Of a stretch of DNA of 64,000 nucleotides, positions 36,022 through 44,916 are shown piece by piece. The translations under genes were made by a program, and so were the position numbers. The notes beneath the pieces are model-generated. The model did no database searches and had not been told where the DNA came from. It saw nothing but the letters and a program-made list of their open reading frames with translations. Each line of letters starts with the position of its first letter. The first letter of the stretch is position 1. This DNA comes from a virus: IMG/VR virus record IMGVR_UViG_3300032087_006189; one strand, written 5' to 3'.

Positions 36022-37076
36022 GACTGCTCACCACTCTGCCCGAATGCCCGGTCTACCAAAGATCCTGCGCCTCCGGCAATGTCTCCTGCCGCTCCCTCAA
36101 GAGGGGCCATAGCCAAGCCCGCAGCCGCGGGAACGAGCATCTTCTGACTGAAGAGTGACCTCTGGCTTGCCAGGGAGGGATCGATCTTCTTGAGGAGGGG
36201 ATTGAAGACATTGGACTTTGAGAGTCCCATGTTTCTTCCAGCCAGAAGATGCGCAGTCCCTGCCGTAAGGCCGGCACCGACTGCTCCTCTGGCCAGCCTC
36301 TCTGTGACGCCCCGCTTGTTACCGTACTCGTCAGTACTTGGGGCTGCCCCACCGAGACCCCCGATAGCTGCGCCGCCAACTTCCATAGCGCGCTCTCCCG
36401 GAATGTACGTCCCGATACCTCCGCGAAGGTTGACGCCCTGATCGGCCGCTTCTTGCCCGATCCTTCGGTATACGGACTCAATGTCTTTGTAGTCTACTCT
36501 GCCTGCCTTCTGGGCTTCTTGAATAGCCTTGATGTCTCTCTGAAGCCCTGCGCTGGCCTCAAATCCCTTCTCACCTTTAAGCCAGCTGCGCAGACCTCCC
36601 GATGAACGCTCGCCGACAGACATCCAGCCGCCACGTCTGGCCGCTCCCGCCCCTTCTCTTAGAGCATCATGCTGTGTGGCAGTTCCCCTAAGCGCGTCTT
36701 CGAAGGCCTCGTTCATGATCTCTACACGCTTTGACTGAGCGGCTCTCCGAGAAAACTTGTCGGCGCCTTCTCCAACGAAGCTCGCTCCGGTGTTCATCCC
36801 TCGGCGCATAGCCTGAACTGGGTTTTTGGCCGCGGCCGATACGTTGCCCAAAAACTTCTTGGCAGCTTTCGGGTTTGTAGCCAGCGCGCCAGCTGCGACA
36901 AGGCCTCCAGCAGCGCCCAGGGCGCCCATGGTTCCGCCAAAGTTTCTTTTGAAAAACCCAGGCTTCTTCTGTTGCTGTTGCGGCTGTGGCTGAGCAGCAG
37001 TCACGGGCTTGGCAGGCTGAAGCGCAGACAGCTTGGTCATCTCTTCAGAAAACGCCCGAAACACCAAAGTGTTCAT
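36018..37076 (-). CDS. Glycine-zipper protein with N-terminal F..EEM.KLS leader
   Basis: MNTLVFRAFSEEMTKLSA; four Gly/Ala hydrophobic segments. Confidence 0.7.
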   Translation of the reverse strand: MNTLVFRAFSEEMTKLSALQPAKPVTAAQPQPQQQQKKPGFFKRNFGGTMGALGAAGGLVAAGALATNPKAAKKFLGNVSAAAKNPVQAMRRGMNTGASFVGEGADKFSRRAAQSKRVEIMNEAFEDALRGTATQHDALREGAGAARRGGWMSVGERSSGGLRSWLKGEKGFEASAGLQRDIKAIQEAQKAGRVDYKDIESVYRRIGQEAADQGVNLRGGIGTYIPGERAMEVGGAAIGGLGGAAPSTDEYGNKRGVTERLARGAVGAGLTAGTAHLLAGRNMGLSKSNVFNPLLKKIDPSLASQRSLFSQKMLVPAAAGLAMAPLEGAAGDIAGGAGSLVDRAFGQSGEQS

Positions 37077-37867
37077 CTTCTTACTCCCGCCGAAGCTCGA
37101 TAAGAGAGCAACTGCTGAACTCCCTCAACTATCTTGTACGCGCAGATGTCATCTGCAGTTTCTTTGGCTGCCCGCCTACCGGTCAGTAGGTCTACCAGAG
37201 CTTTCTGTACTCCGGCAGTCGGGTACTTCTGGACTGTTCGGACCTTAGACCCGTCGTACCTTTTTTTGAGATCGGGACATGGCTCCAGCTTCATCAAGCT
37301 GTCTGCATTGTACCGATCGGTACAGTAGCTACAAAGGCCATCACGCTTCGGGCTTTCCTCATTTCCGCATTCGTCGCAGATCTGAGTCACACCTGAGATG
37401 AGCTCATTCACGAAGTCCAAAGGCTCGGGTACATACCAGATTCCAGAATCCAGGAGCTGCGCAGCGATGTACCGCTGAACCTCTTCTGCGTAGTCTGGAA
37501 CATTCGTGGCCGGTCCCAGCTCTCTTCGGATCTGATTGGCTACATCCACCGCCACCATCATCTCGCCAACAGAGTGGTCATCGAGATGGGAGACGGTAGG
37601 GATCTTGCCATTCAAGCCCTGACAGACAGTATGAAAGGTCTGCCAGCTATCCCAGAACCTGTCGTGATTCGCGACAGCAATCGCGGACAACAGCTTGAAA
37701 AATGCTGCACGAGAGATGTTGGCCTGGGTTCGATCTTCCACCGACTGCTTGATGACCGCAGGCTCCCATTCGAGTGCCTCCGGCCCAAACATAGCCAGAT
37801 AAGACTTGAGAAGAACGATCGGGTGCGTTTTCTCGTCTTTGAAGATTTCGGCCTCAGTAGCCGCCAT
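37073..37867 (-). CDS. Hypothetical protein with Zn ribbon
   Basis: Probable start MAATEAE; CDECG...CSYC. Confidence 0.65.
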   Translation of the reverse strand: MAATEAEIFKDEKTHPIVLLKSYLAMFGPEALEWEPAVIKQSVEDRTQANISRAAFFKLLSAIAVANHDRFWDSWQTFHTVCQGLNGKIPTVSHLDDHSVGEMMVAVDVANQIRRELGPATNVPDYAEEVQRYIAAQLLDSGIWYVPEPLDFVNELISGVTQICDECGNEESPKRDGLCSYCTDRYNADSLMKLEPCPDLKKRYDGSKVRTVQKYPTAGVQKALVDLLTGRRAAKETADDICAYKIVEGVQQLLSYRASAGVRR

Positions 37868-38948
37868 TGTCGGTATCCCGGGACTGCGATGCCAGTCGTG
37901 CCACAAGGACCTGCTGCTCGAGAGGCATCGACTTGAACGATGCTACTGGATCCTTGCGGAACCGATCACGAATGTCCTCGGTGAACACATCTTCCATCGC
38001 GTTCGAAGCCATGCTGCCGGAGTAGCGGCGAAGCTGCGTCTCGGTAACGTAATCACCGCCGTGATTCCAAGAGTATTCCGCTTGCTTTTCCGTAGCAAAA
38101 ACAGCAAGAACCGGGTTGGGCAGTGCCGACCCATACTTGTTCAGGAGACCTGCACGCTCATCCATCAGGAACAGCGCCTCAACCACATCATCTGGATCCA
38201 TCGCTGAAGCCATCTTGCTGAGGCGGATGTAGTCCTTCTGGTAGTCCTCGTTTGCGGTGTACTGCGCTCTGCGCGAGGCAACCTTTTCGAACCGAGGGTT
38301 CAGGCTTGTTCCACTGTACTGGAAGATGTGCGAAGGGACGGAAGCACCGACAGCAGATGCCAGCTTGACGACATCTACCGCTGCTTCGTGCTTGTCGTAG
38401 GGATCCATCTCGTCCCAAGCACGGATAGTCTCGGAGATAGCATCAAAGGCACTGGCTTCCTTGACCTGACCTCGGTGCGTGGGCTCTGCCATGCCGCGGC
38501 CCATGGGGCGCATGACCTGAGAAGGCTCATACACATCGGGGTTGCTGTACTGCGTTGATGAAGCGGTCTTGACATAGAGCCGGCGACCGTCTCCCGGAGT
38601 GTCCAGGTCTTGTGCTGCCAGCAAGGCCAGAGCAGGATGCGGACCCATTCCGAAGTCCTCAGCCGCGTTCAGCAGATTTGCAGAAGCAACCTTCACAGCC
38701 TCGGGAGGGAGGTTGTGATCGACATTCATCAGGTACCACTGAGACATCAGAGTGTTGCCCGGATCGTGGCAGGCGAACTTTCTGTGCTCCTTGCCCTCGC
38801 TGTCTACGAGGATGACAGCGAAATCTCGATCAAGGAGATCGTCCCGCTCTTTCCACTGGGCGGTCTTCAGCAACTCAGCGGCAGATTGGGCCATTCCTGA
38901 CTGCCGAAAGCTCGCGCAGAGATCGTCGTGCTGGTCGATCACGGGCAT
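37854..38948 (-). CDS. Head-region protein with many K-x-A-S motifs
   Basis: VKVAS, VKTAS, VKEAS, VKLAS, EKVAS, SKMAS, EKQA; AGGAG RBS. Confidence 0.7.
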   Translation of the reverse strand: MPVIDQHDDLCASFRQSGMAQSAAELLKTAQWKERDDLLDRDFAVILVDSEGKEHRKFACHDPGNTLMSQWYLMNVDHNLPPEAVKVASANLLNAAEDFGMGPHPALALLAAQDLDTPGDGRRLYVKTASSTQYSNPDVYEPSQVMRPMGRGMAEPTHRGQVKEASAFDAISETIRAWDEMDPYDKHEAAVDVVKLASAVGASVPSHIFQYSGTSLNPRFEKVASRRAQYTANEDYQKDYIRLSKMASAMDPDDVVEALFLMDERAGLLNKYGSALPNPVLAVFATEKQAEYSWNHGGDYVTETQLRRYSGSMASNAMEDVFTEDIRDRFRKDPVASFKSMPLEQQVLVARLASQSRDTDNGGY

Positions 38949-38989
38949 TTTTTTGCTCCTAAAGAGGGATGCAAGATTTCGAATACGCT

Positions 38990-38996
38990 GTCATAA
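38990..38996 (+). promoter_or_regulatory. GTCATAA putative promoter of the replication operon
   Basis: 33 nt before ATG 39030. Confidence 0.55.
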
Positions 38997-39029
38997 GCGT
39001 AATAGCACACCAAACGGAGGTTAGTGCAA

Positions 39030-39470
39030 ATGGGAAGATTCTCTAGCCGGTTTTCCGACGACGATGACGACGATACACGCCGCCCATCAAAGCCGGAATG
39101 CTATGGCGATCCTGACTACTACGATATCACGCACCAAGATTGTCGCGCATGCAGTTTCAAGGGTACCTGCAAGCTGAAGGTATCCGCGCTTGAGCGAGAA
39201 GAGAGTAGGGGCCGGCGCAAAAGTCGGTCTCGCAGTGAAGAAAGAGGCCGATCTTCCGGCAGGATGGTGCGGAAGAGGGACCTCGACCTCGACCGTGAGT
39301 ACGAGTACGAAGATGCGAATGAGGAAGACACTTTCTTCTCGGTGCTCGCCTACAACTCGACGCTAAATGCCGCAACGGTGATGGCGTCGACCCTCACAAA
39401 TTCCCTCGGGGACCTACCTCGCAAGAGATACCGACCCCAGGCACAGAGAAAGCGGAGGATTGAAGATTGA
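39030..39470 (+). CDS. Cys-cluster hypothetical protein
   Basis: CYG...CRAC....C; GGAGG RBS. Confidence 0.65.
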   Translation: MGRFSSRFSDDDDDDTRRPSKPECYGDPDYYDITHQDCRACSFKGTCKLKVSALEREESRGRRKSRSRSEERGRSSGRMVRKRDLDLDREYEYEDANEEDTFFSVLAYNSTLNAATVMASTLTNSLGDLPRKRYRPQAQRKRRIED

Positions 39471-40840
39471 TCAGACTGCCGATCCTGGAAGACGATGTCG
39501 CCTACCAAGGTCGGCATCTTTTTCTTCCAAAAACTCGTGTGAAGAAGAGTGTGATGGAAGGGATGCTGACATTCGGGGACGATCCCTCGGTTGGAAGCAG
39601 AGATCTGGTGGTTGACCACATCAATCACATCCAGGTCCCTCGCTACACACTGAGCGATGAGCAGTTGGATGCGCTGGGATGTGAGGTAAAGAAGATTCAG
39701 CCCACATTTGAGCGCATCTCTCTGAACGCAAAATCCACCTTCTCGATTCGCCCGAATCAGAGAGAGGCGTGGGAGCATCTTCGGGAAGCCGATCGAGGGG
39801 TCTTGAACTTAGCCTGCGGCAAGGGAAAGACTGTCCTCGGCTGGCTAAAGGCTGCGCACGAGAAGGTTCCGACCCTCGTTGTTAGCCCGCAGAGAGCGCA
39901 CCTCGACAACTGGCTTGCGGAGCTCAACGAGTTCTTCGACCATGACGGAGAGGTGGGCTGGATTCAGGGAAAGAGATTCGAGTACGAAGCAGACATCTGC
40001 ATGTCTACCGTGCAGACCCTCGCTGCTCGCGCGGAAGAAGGGAGACTGCCGCCGGACTTCTACAGTCGATTCGGTCTCGTCATCTACGACGAGTGCCACA
40101 TCATGGCTGCGGACTTCTTCTCGAAGGCAAGTGCCGTGGGCTCAGGCATCCGCCTGGGCCTTACGGCCACGCCGACAAGAACAGACAAGTGTGAGGGGGT
40201 CTTCTTCTCTCACTTAGGTCCTGTGTTCTACAGCGACATCACGCAAGACCTGACCCCGACTGTCTTTGTTCTGGAGACCGGGGTGTTCTATTCGGATGCC
40301 GAACGGCGCTCGATGCTGGACAAGACCGGGCAGATGAACATTGGTCGCCTGCACAAGACGCTGGCGGCAAGTGCGGACAGGAACGTGTTGATCCAAGAGA
40401 TCATCGACCAGTGCCTGGCGAGAAAGAGAACGATCTACGCGCTGTCCCACGGGCCAGAGCACATCGAAGAAATGCAGAAGCAAAACCCCGGCAGCACGGT
40501 GATTCATGGTGGGACGAAGTCTTCCGACCGCCTTGAGCTATTGAACGCAGGGAGCTTGGTGTTTGCATCCATCGGAGTGGGCGCAGCAGCCTACAATCGG
40601 AAGGATTTAGACACGCTTATTTTGATGACTCCGTTCGCTGCACGGGCTCACTCAGCCATCACATTCCAGCAGAGTGTGGGGAGGATCCTCCGGGCCTTGC
40701 CCGGAAAGAGGGATCCATGGGTGTTCTTGCTGATGGACAAGTCTATCGACACCTGCCGGGGAATGATTCACTCGTTGATCCGGAAGTCAAAAGAGAGCGG
40801 ATATCGAGTGATAACGAAATGGAACTGGAAAGACATATAG
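39467..40840 (+). CDS. Superfamily 2 helicase (UvsW/XPB-like)
   Basis: RPNQ, CGKGKT, DECH, TAT, QSVGRILR. Confidence 0.9.
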   Translation: MIRLPILEDDVAYQGRHLFLPKTRVKKSVMEGMLTFGDDPSVGSRDLVVDHINHIQVPRYTLSDEQLDALGCEVKKIQPTFERISLNAKSTFSIRPNQREAWEHLREADRGVLNLACGKGKTVLGWLKAAHEKVPTLVVSPQRAHLDNWLAELNEFFDHDGEVGWIQGKRFEYEADICMSTVQTLAARAEEGRLPPDFYSRFGLVIYDECHIMAADFFSKASAVGSGIRLGLTATPTRTDKCEGVFFSHLGPVFYSDITQDLTPTVFVLETGVFYSDAERRSMLDKTGQMNIGRLHKTLAASADRNVLIQEIIDQCLARKRTIYALSHGPEHIEEMQKQNPGSTVIHGGTKSSDRLELLNAGSLVFASIGVGAAAYNRKDLDTLILMTPFAARAHSAITFQQSVGRILRALPGKRDPWVFLLMDKSIDTCRGMIHSLIRKSKESGYRVITKWNWKDI

Positions 40841-40849
40841 GAGGTTCGA

Positions 40850-41563
40850 ATGATCGGACTCGACGCAATCCGCGCGCTGAGCGAGGAGTACAGTCACTGT
40901 GACCGGTGCCCGGTTCTGTGCGAAAGTCGAACAGCGCCCGTGTTCGGGACTGGAAGTGTGACGGCAGACATCCTCTATGTGGGAGAAGCACCGTCACTTG
41001 AAGAGGATGAGCAAGGGCTGCCTTTTGTTGGCCCCTCTGGAAGGATGCTCCTGCAGCTACTCGAAAAGAAGTGGCCAGCAGACGAGGAGCTGGATCAGAT
41101 CCGCACGATTGAAGACAACGACGAATACTTCGATCAACTGGCGGACTACATGTACGACCGGGTGTTCATCACCAACTCGGTCCTCTGTCGGACAGAAGAT
41201 GACCGCACTCCTTCGGCTACTGAGCTTAAGGAATGCCGGGAGCGGCTGCATCAGACCATCTATGCCGTCGATCCTATCATCATCTTGGCCGGCGGTAAGA
41301 CGGCGGCCAGCAACCTGGTTGGAAAGAAAGTGGGGATTCTGGATCGACGCGGAGACCTGATGGACATCACCATCCAGTCTCCGGTGACGGGAAGGGACAT
41401 CCGCTACGCGATGCTGCCAGTGCTCGACTGTGGCTTCCTCCTTCGCAAGGGGGACAGCGCGCTGGTGAGAGAGAAGAAGGGCCACACCTACGACACTCTG
41501 GGCGACTTTGGCTACGCCTTGGAGATTGTGAAAACCCATAAACGCCTGACAAGGAGGGCATGA
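40850..41563 (+). CDS. Uracil-DNA glycosylase family 4-like protein
   Basis: CxxC..LC Fe-S ligands, GEAP..EED..G.PFVGPSG, NSVLCR; the motif-B His is absent. Confidence 0.8.
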   Translation: MIGLDAIRALSEEYSHCDRCPVLCESRTAPVFGTGSVTADILYVGEAPSLEEDEQGLPFVGPSGRMLLQLLEKKWPADEELDQIRTIEDNDEYFDQLADYMYDRVFITNSVLCRTEDDRTPSATELKECRERLHQTIYAVDPIIILAGGKTAASNLVGKKVGILDRRGDLMDITIQSPVTGRDIRYAMLPVLDCGFLLRKGDSALVREKKGHTYDTLGDFGYALEIVKTHKRLTRRA

Positions 41564-41985
41564 TGGAAGCGGTAAACAAGCTGACTGAGGTAGGGGCTCG
41601 GCTCCAAGAGGTCCGGGATGCGCTGAGCGCGAGCGAGCCTGAGCTGATGGAAGAGCTGGAATCTCTGACAGCAGAGAAGGAGAAGCTGGCTGAGCTGGCA
41701 AAGAAGGAACTTCGCGAGAAGGGAGTTGGCAAGCACGAGATCGGAGGATTCTCGTTCCGCGTGTCTCCCGGCAAGACTGTCCGCAAGTGGGACATTGAGG
41801 AGATCAAGGAGCTGGCCGAGGAGCTGGGCCACGAAGAGCTGCTTGAGAAGTACAATGTGTTCAAGGTCGATGTGGACACCAAGCAGATCGAGCGGCTTCC
41901 GCCGGAGATCAAGGTCCACTACCAAGACCTCTACGAAGAGACCGCGTACTCAGCTCGAGTCACGATTCCCAAGGAACTCAAGTGA
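41560..41985 (+). CDS. Hypothetical coiled-coil protein
   Basis: Coupled ORF with GGAGG RBS. Confidence 0.65.
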   Translation: MMEAVNKLTEVGARLQEVRDALSASEPELMEELESLTAEKEKLAELAKKELREKGVGKHEIGGFSFRVSPGKTVRKWDIEEIKELAEELGHEELLEKYNVFKVDVDTKQIERLPPEIKVHYQDLYEETAYSARVTIPKELK

Positions 41986-42293
41986 TCCGAGTCGAGGTCA
42001 TTCATGGAGATGACCGTAGGCTGGCGCACATTCCCGTAGAGGAGGTACTGGACATGGACGATTTGCAAGAACTGGTAGGGGATGGCAAAGGGCATGTCAG
42101 TGTCGCCATGTCCTACGGCGACAAGGACTATGGCAACGGATTCGAGGTCCGGGTATCTGTGGGGCTGACCTGCAACCAGGATCGAGATACCCTCGACGAG
42201 GCCCGCTCGCTGGCTCTTGAGCTGGCGGTGGATCACCTCGTAGAAGCCAAGACGCAGGCAGAGGAAACCTATGCGGAGCTCTCACGCAAGTGA
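41982..42293 (+). CDS. Hypothetical protein
   Basis: GTGA overlap with the upstream gene. Confidence 0.6.
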   Translation: MIRVEVIHGDDRRLAHIPVEEVLDMDDLQELVGDGKGHVSVAMSYGDKDYGNGFEVRVSVGLTCNQDRDTLDEARSLALELAVDHLVEAKTQAEETYAELSRK

Positions 42294-42558
42294 TGTAGAC
42301 ATCGACATCGTGCGCGTTGAGATCACTCCAGCAACTGCCGAGATCAAAGTGACCTACTTCGTACGCCTTGAAAACAAGGTGTACGAAGGGATCATCGGAG
42401 GGGGAGAAACCCAGTTCTCGAATGAGACACTGGGCCCCCAGATCTTGGAACTCGTAGAGAAGATGCAGGCCCAGATCAAGATCGATCTGGGTCTTGCGTC
42501 CGAAGATGCTCAACCCATTGACTCCCTAACAACCACACGAGACGAGATTGAACTGTAA
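42271..42558 (+). CDS. Hypothetical protein
   Basis: Coupled to the dnaB start (TAATG). Confidence 0.55.
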   Translation: MRSSHASDVDIDIVRVEITPATAEIKVTYFVRLENKVYEGIIGGGETQFSNETLGPQILELVEKMQAQIKIDLGLASEDAQPIDSLTTTRDEIEL

Positions 42559-43967
42559 TGTCGCACCCAGAGCTGGAGCTGATCAGCAACATTCTCGAAG
42601 CTGGAGACTTTCAAACCGTAAAGAAGAAGGGACTGACCTCAGAGTGGTTCACTCTTGAAGCCGCTCAGGAAGCCTACACTTGGCTGTGGTCAGAGTTCCA
42701 TGACCCGCAGCAGCGGGGAGAGGTCCCGACTGTAGACAGGTTCCTGCGGAAGTTCCCGAACTTCGACTTCTGCCCTTCCCGGAACTCGCTCAATGCCCTG
42801 ATTGATGATGTTCGCACTCAGAAGGTGCAGGCAGATCTACAGGGCATCCTGAATGAGATGCAGGAAGACATTCTCGAAGGGGAAGATCCCGCACTGATCC
42901 TCGACTCGTTCCTTCCCAAGATTCGCAAGATGAATGTGGAGGCGCATGAGGATGACGGCATCCTCCTGTCGAGTTCCGTCGAGCTACTGCGCCAGCAGTA
43001 CAACACGCATGCCGAAGCAGGCGGCGTTGTTGGGATCCCCTATCCGTGGGAAATCCTGAACCAAAAGACCGGTGGCATGAGAGATGAAGAGTTCATCGTC
43101 ATCTATGGCCGACCCGGCAACATGAAGACCTGGATCGCTTGCGTCATCGCGGCAAGAGCGTATCTGGACAACTACCGCGTGATGGTTTTCTCAAAAGAAA
43201 TCTCTCGCGAAGCCATGCTGACGCGTATCAGCTCAGTACTTGGCGAAGTGGACTACGACCGGCTTCGCCGCGGAGTCCTGTCCGATGATGATGCCGACGA
43301 CTTCTTCGACTTGATGGAGGACTTGGCAGAGACAGAGGAGGAAGATCAGGAGGGTGCCCATCGTAGAGCCCTGCTGTTCATCAGCGACAAAGGGAAGCGG
43401 AAGGGCAGCACTGTTGAAGACTTGATTGCCGCAGCAGAGCGATTTCGACCCGACCTGATTGTTGTTGACGGCTTCTACCTGATGCGCGATGGTCGCTCTG
43501 GTCAGCGTACAGCGGACTGGAAGCAGATCAGCCACATCTCACAGGACTTGAAGGGCATGGCTCAGTTCGTGTCCTGTCCTGTAGTCGGCACCACACAGGC
43601 AAACCGGGCAAATGCCAAGGAGCCTTCGGGAGATCTGGACGACCTGTCTTTCGCAGACGGTATCGGTCAGGACGCGGACATTGCGTTCCGCGTGTTCCGC
43701 GGTCCGAACCCCAGTGGTAGAGGGGCTTCCGTCTTGTTCGTGTTCTCTAAGAGCAGAGAAACTGTCATTCCGCCATTCGTCATCAACGCATGGCCCGGTG
43801 GAGACTTCTCTGTTCAGCAGGCAAACGCGAACATCAAGCAGTTCCTTGAGCAGAAGAAGCAGATGGAGATGCAGGAACGTGCCGACCAAAATGGCGGCGC
43901 AGGAGAAACCGAAGAAAAGAAGAAGAAACGCAAGCCCAAGAAGAGGGACGGTGGATTCAGAGCTTGA
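42558..43967 (+). CDS. dnaB: Replicative DnaB-like helicase
   Basis: GRPGNMKT Walker A variant, FSKE, VVDGFYLM, QANR, IGQDAD. Confidence 0.9.
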   Translation: MSHPELELISNILEAGDFQTVKKKGLTSEWFTLEAAQEAYTWLWSEFHDPQQRGEVPTVDRFLRKFPNFDFCPSRNSLNALIDDVRTQKVQADLQGILNEMQEDILEGEDPALILDSFLPKIRKMNVEAHEDDGILLSSSVELLRQQYNTHAEAGGVVGIPYPWEILNQKTGGMRDEEFIVIYGRPGNMKTWIACVIAARAYLDNYRVMVFSKEISREAMLTRISSVLGEVDYDRLRRGVLSDDDADDFFDLMEDLAETEEEDQEGAHRRALLFISDKGKRKGSTVEDLIAAAERFRPDLIVVDGFYLMRDGRSGQRTADWKQISHISQDLKGMAQFVSCPVVGTTQANRANAKEPSGDLDDLSFADGIGQDADIAFRVFRGPNPSGRGASVLFVFSKSRETVIPPFVINAWPGGDFSVQQANANIKQFLEQKKQMEMQERADQNGGAGETEEKKKKRKPKKRDGGFRA

Positions 43968-44916
43968 TTATCTCGATGTCTACCAGAAGTACGTGTCCGG
44001 ACTCCGCAAAGGGTCTGGGCACAACTTTATGGGATTCTGCCCGATACACGGAGAGGAGCCAGGAAAGAGCAAGCCCAGCCTCTCTGTGAACATCGAAAAT
44101 GGACTGTGGAACTGCTTTGCGGGATGCGGAGGAGGAAACCTCAAACAGTTCTTGGAGCAAGTGGGCGAGAAGCGGTCAACTATTGACCGAGTAGCAAAGA
44201 AGTTCAAGTCAAAGCCGAGGAAACGTAGTACAAAGAAAAGGTCGGAACCGGCCACCGAACTGCCTGAGCGTCTGCTTGGTTTGTTCGACTGGTGCCCCAC
44301 ACAGCTATTGCGTGAGGGTTTCGACGAGAAAGTGCTCCTTGACAATGATGTTGGATACGACAAGAAATACTCCCGGATTACATTCCCTATTCGGAATAAA
44401 AAAGGGAGATTAGTTGGGATCGTCGGAAGGCGCCCAACCGGAGAGCCGGGAGGCAAGTACAAGGTCTACACGACCGAGCTTTCTGGCTATGGACTCGACG
44501 TTCCTTCATTCTCGAAGGGACAACATCTTTGGCGGATCGACAAGGTCGCCCAAGAGCTCCGGCGAGCACGGAAACCCGTGTACATCGTCGAGGGCTTCAA
44601 AGCGGCACTGTGGTTCTGTCAATCCGGGCTGACGAATGTGGTGGCTCTCATGGGCAGCCACATGACCGATGCCCAACAACGGTTGATTGAGTCTCTCGGA
44701 CCGGTCGCGATTGCGTGTCTCGATAATGATGATGCGGGTCGTAAAGGAACGCTGAAACTCAGTCAAAAACTTCAGGCGACACGGCTATATGTGGTCCCCC
44801 TTCCAGAAGGCATCCATCAACCAGATGACCTGACAGGAGAGGAGCTGCGTGAGCTGTGTAGCACCCCAGTAAACATCAGTGAGGCCAAGAGACAATGGCA
44901 AGAAAAATCCCTCTGA
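43951..44916 (+). CDS. dnaG: DNA primase (CHC2 Zn finger plus TOPRIM)
   Basis: CPIH..PS...WNCFAGC, RITFPI, IVEG, DNDDAG; GTG start at 43951. Confidence 0.9.
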   Translation: MDSELDYLDVYQKYVSGLRKGSGHNFMGFCPIHGEEPGKSKPSLSVNIENGLWNCFAGCGGGNLKQFLEQVGEKRSTIDRVAKKFKSKPRKRSTKKRSEPATELPERLLGLFDWCPTQLLREGFDEKVLLDNDVGYDKKYSRITFPIRNKKGRLVGIVGRRPTGEPGGKYKVYTTELSGYGLDVPSFSKGQHLWRIDKVAQELRRARKPVYIVEGFKAALWFCQSGLTNVVALMGSHMTDAQQRLIESLGPVAIACLDNDDAGRKGTLKLSQKLQATRLYVVPLPEGIHQPDDLTGEELRELCSTPVNISEAKRQWQEKSL

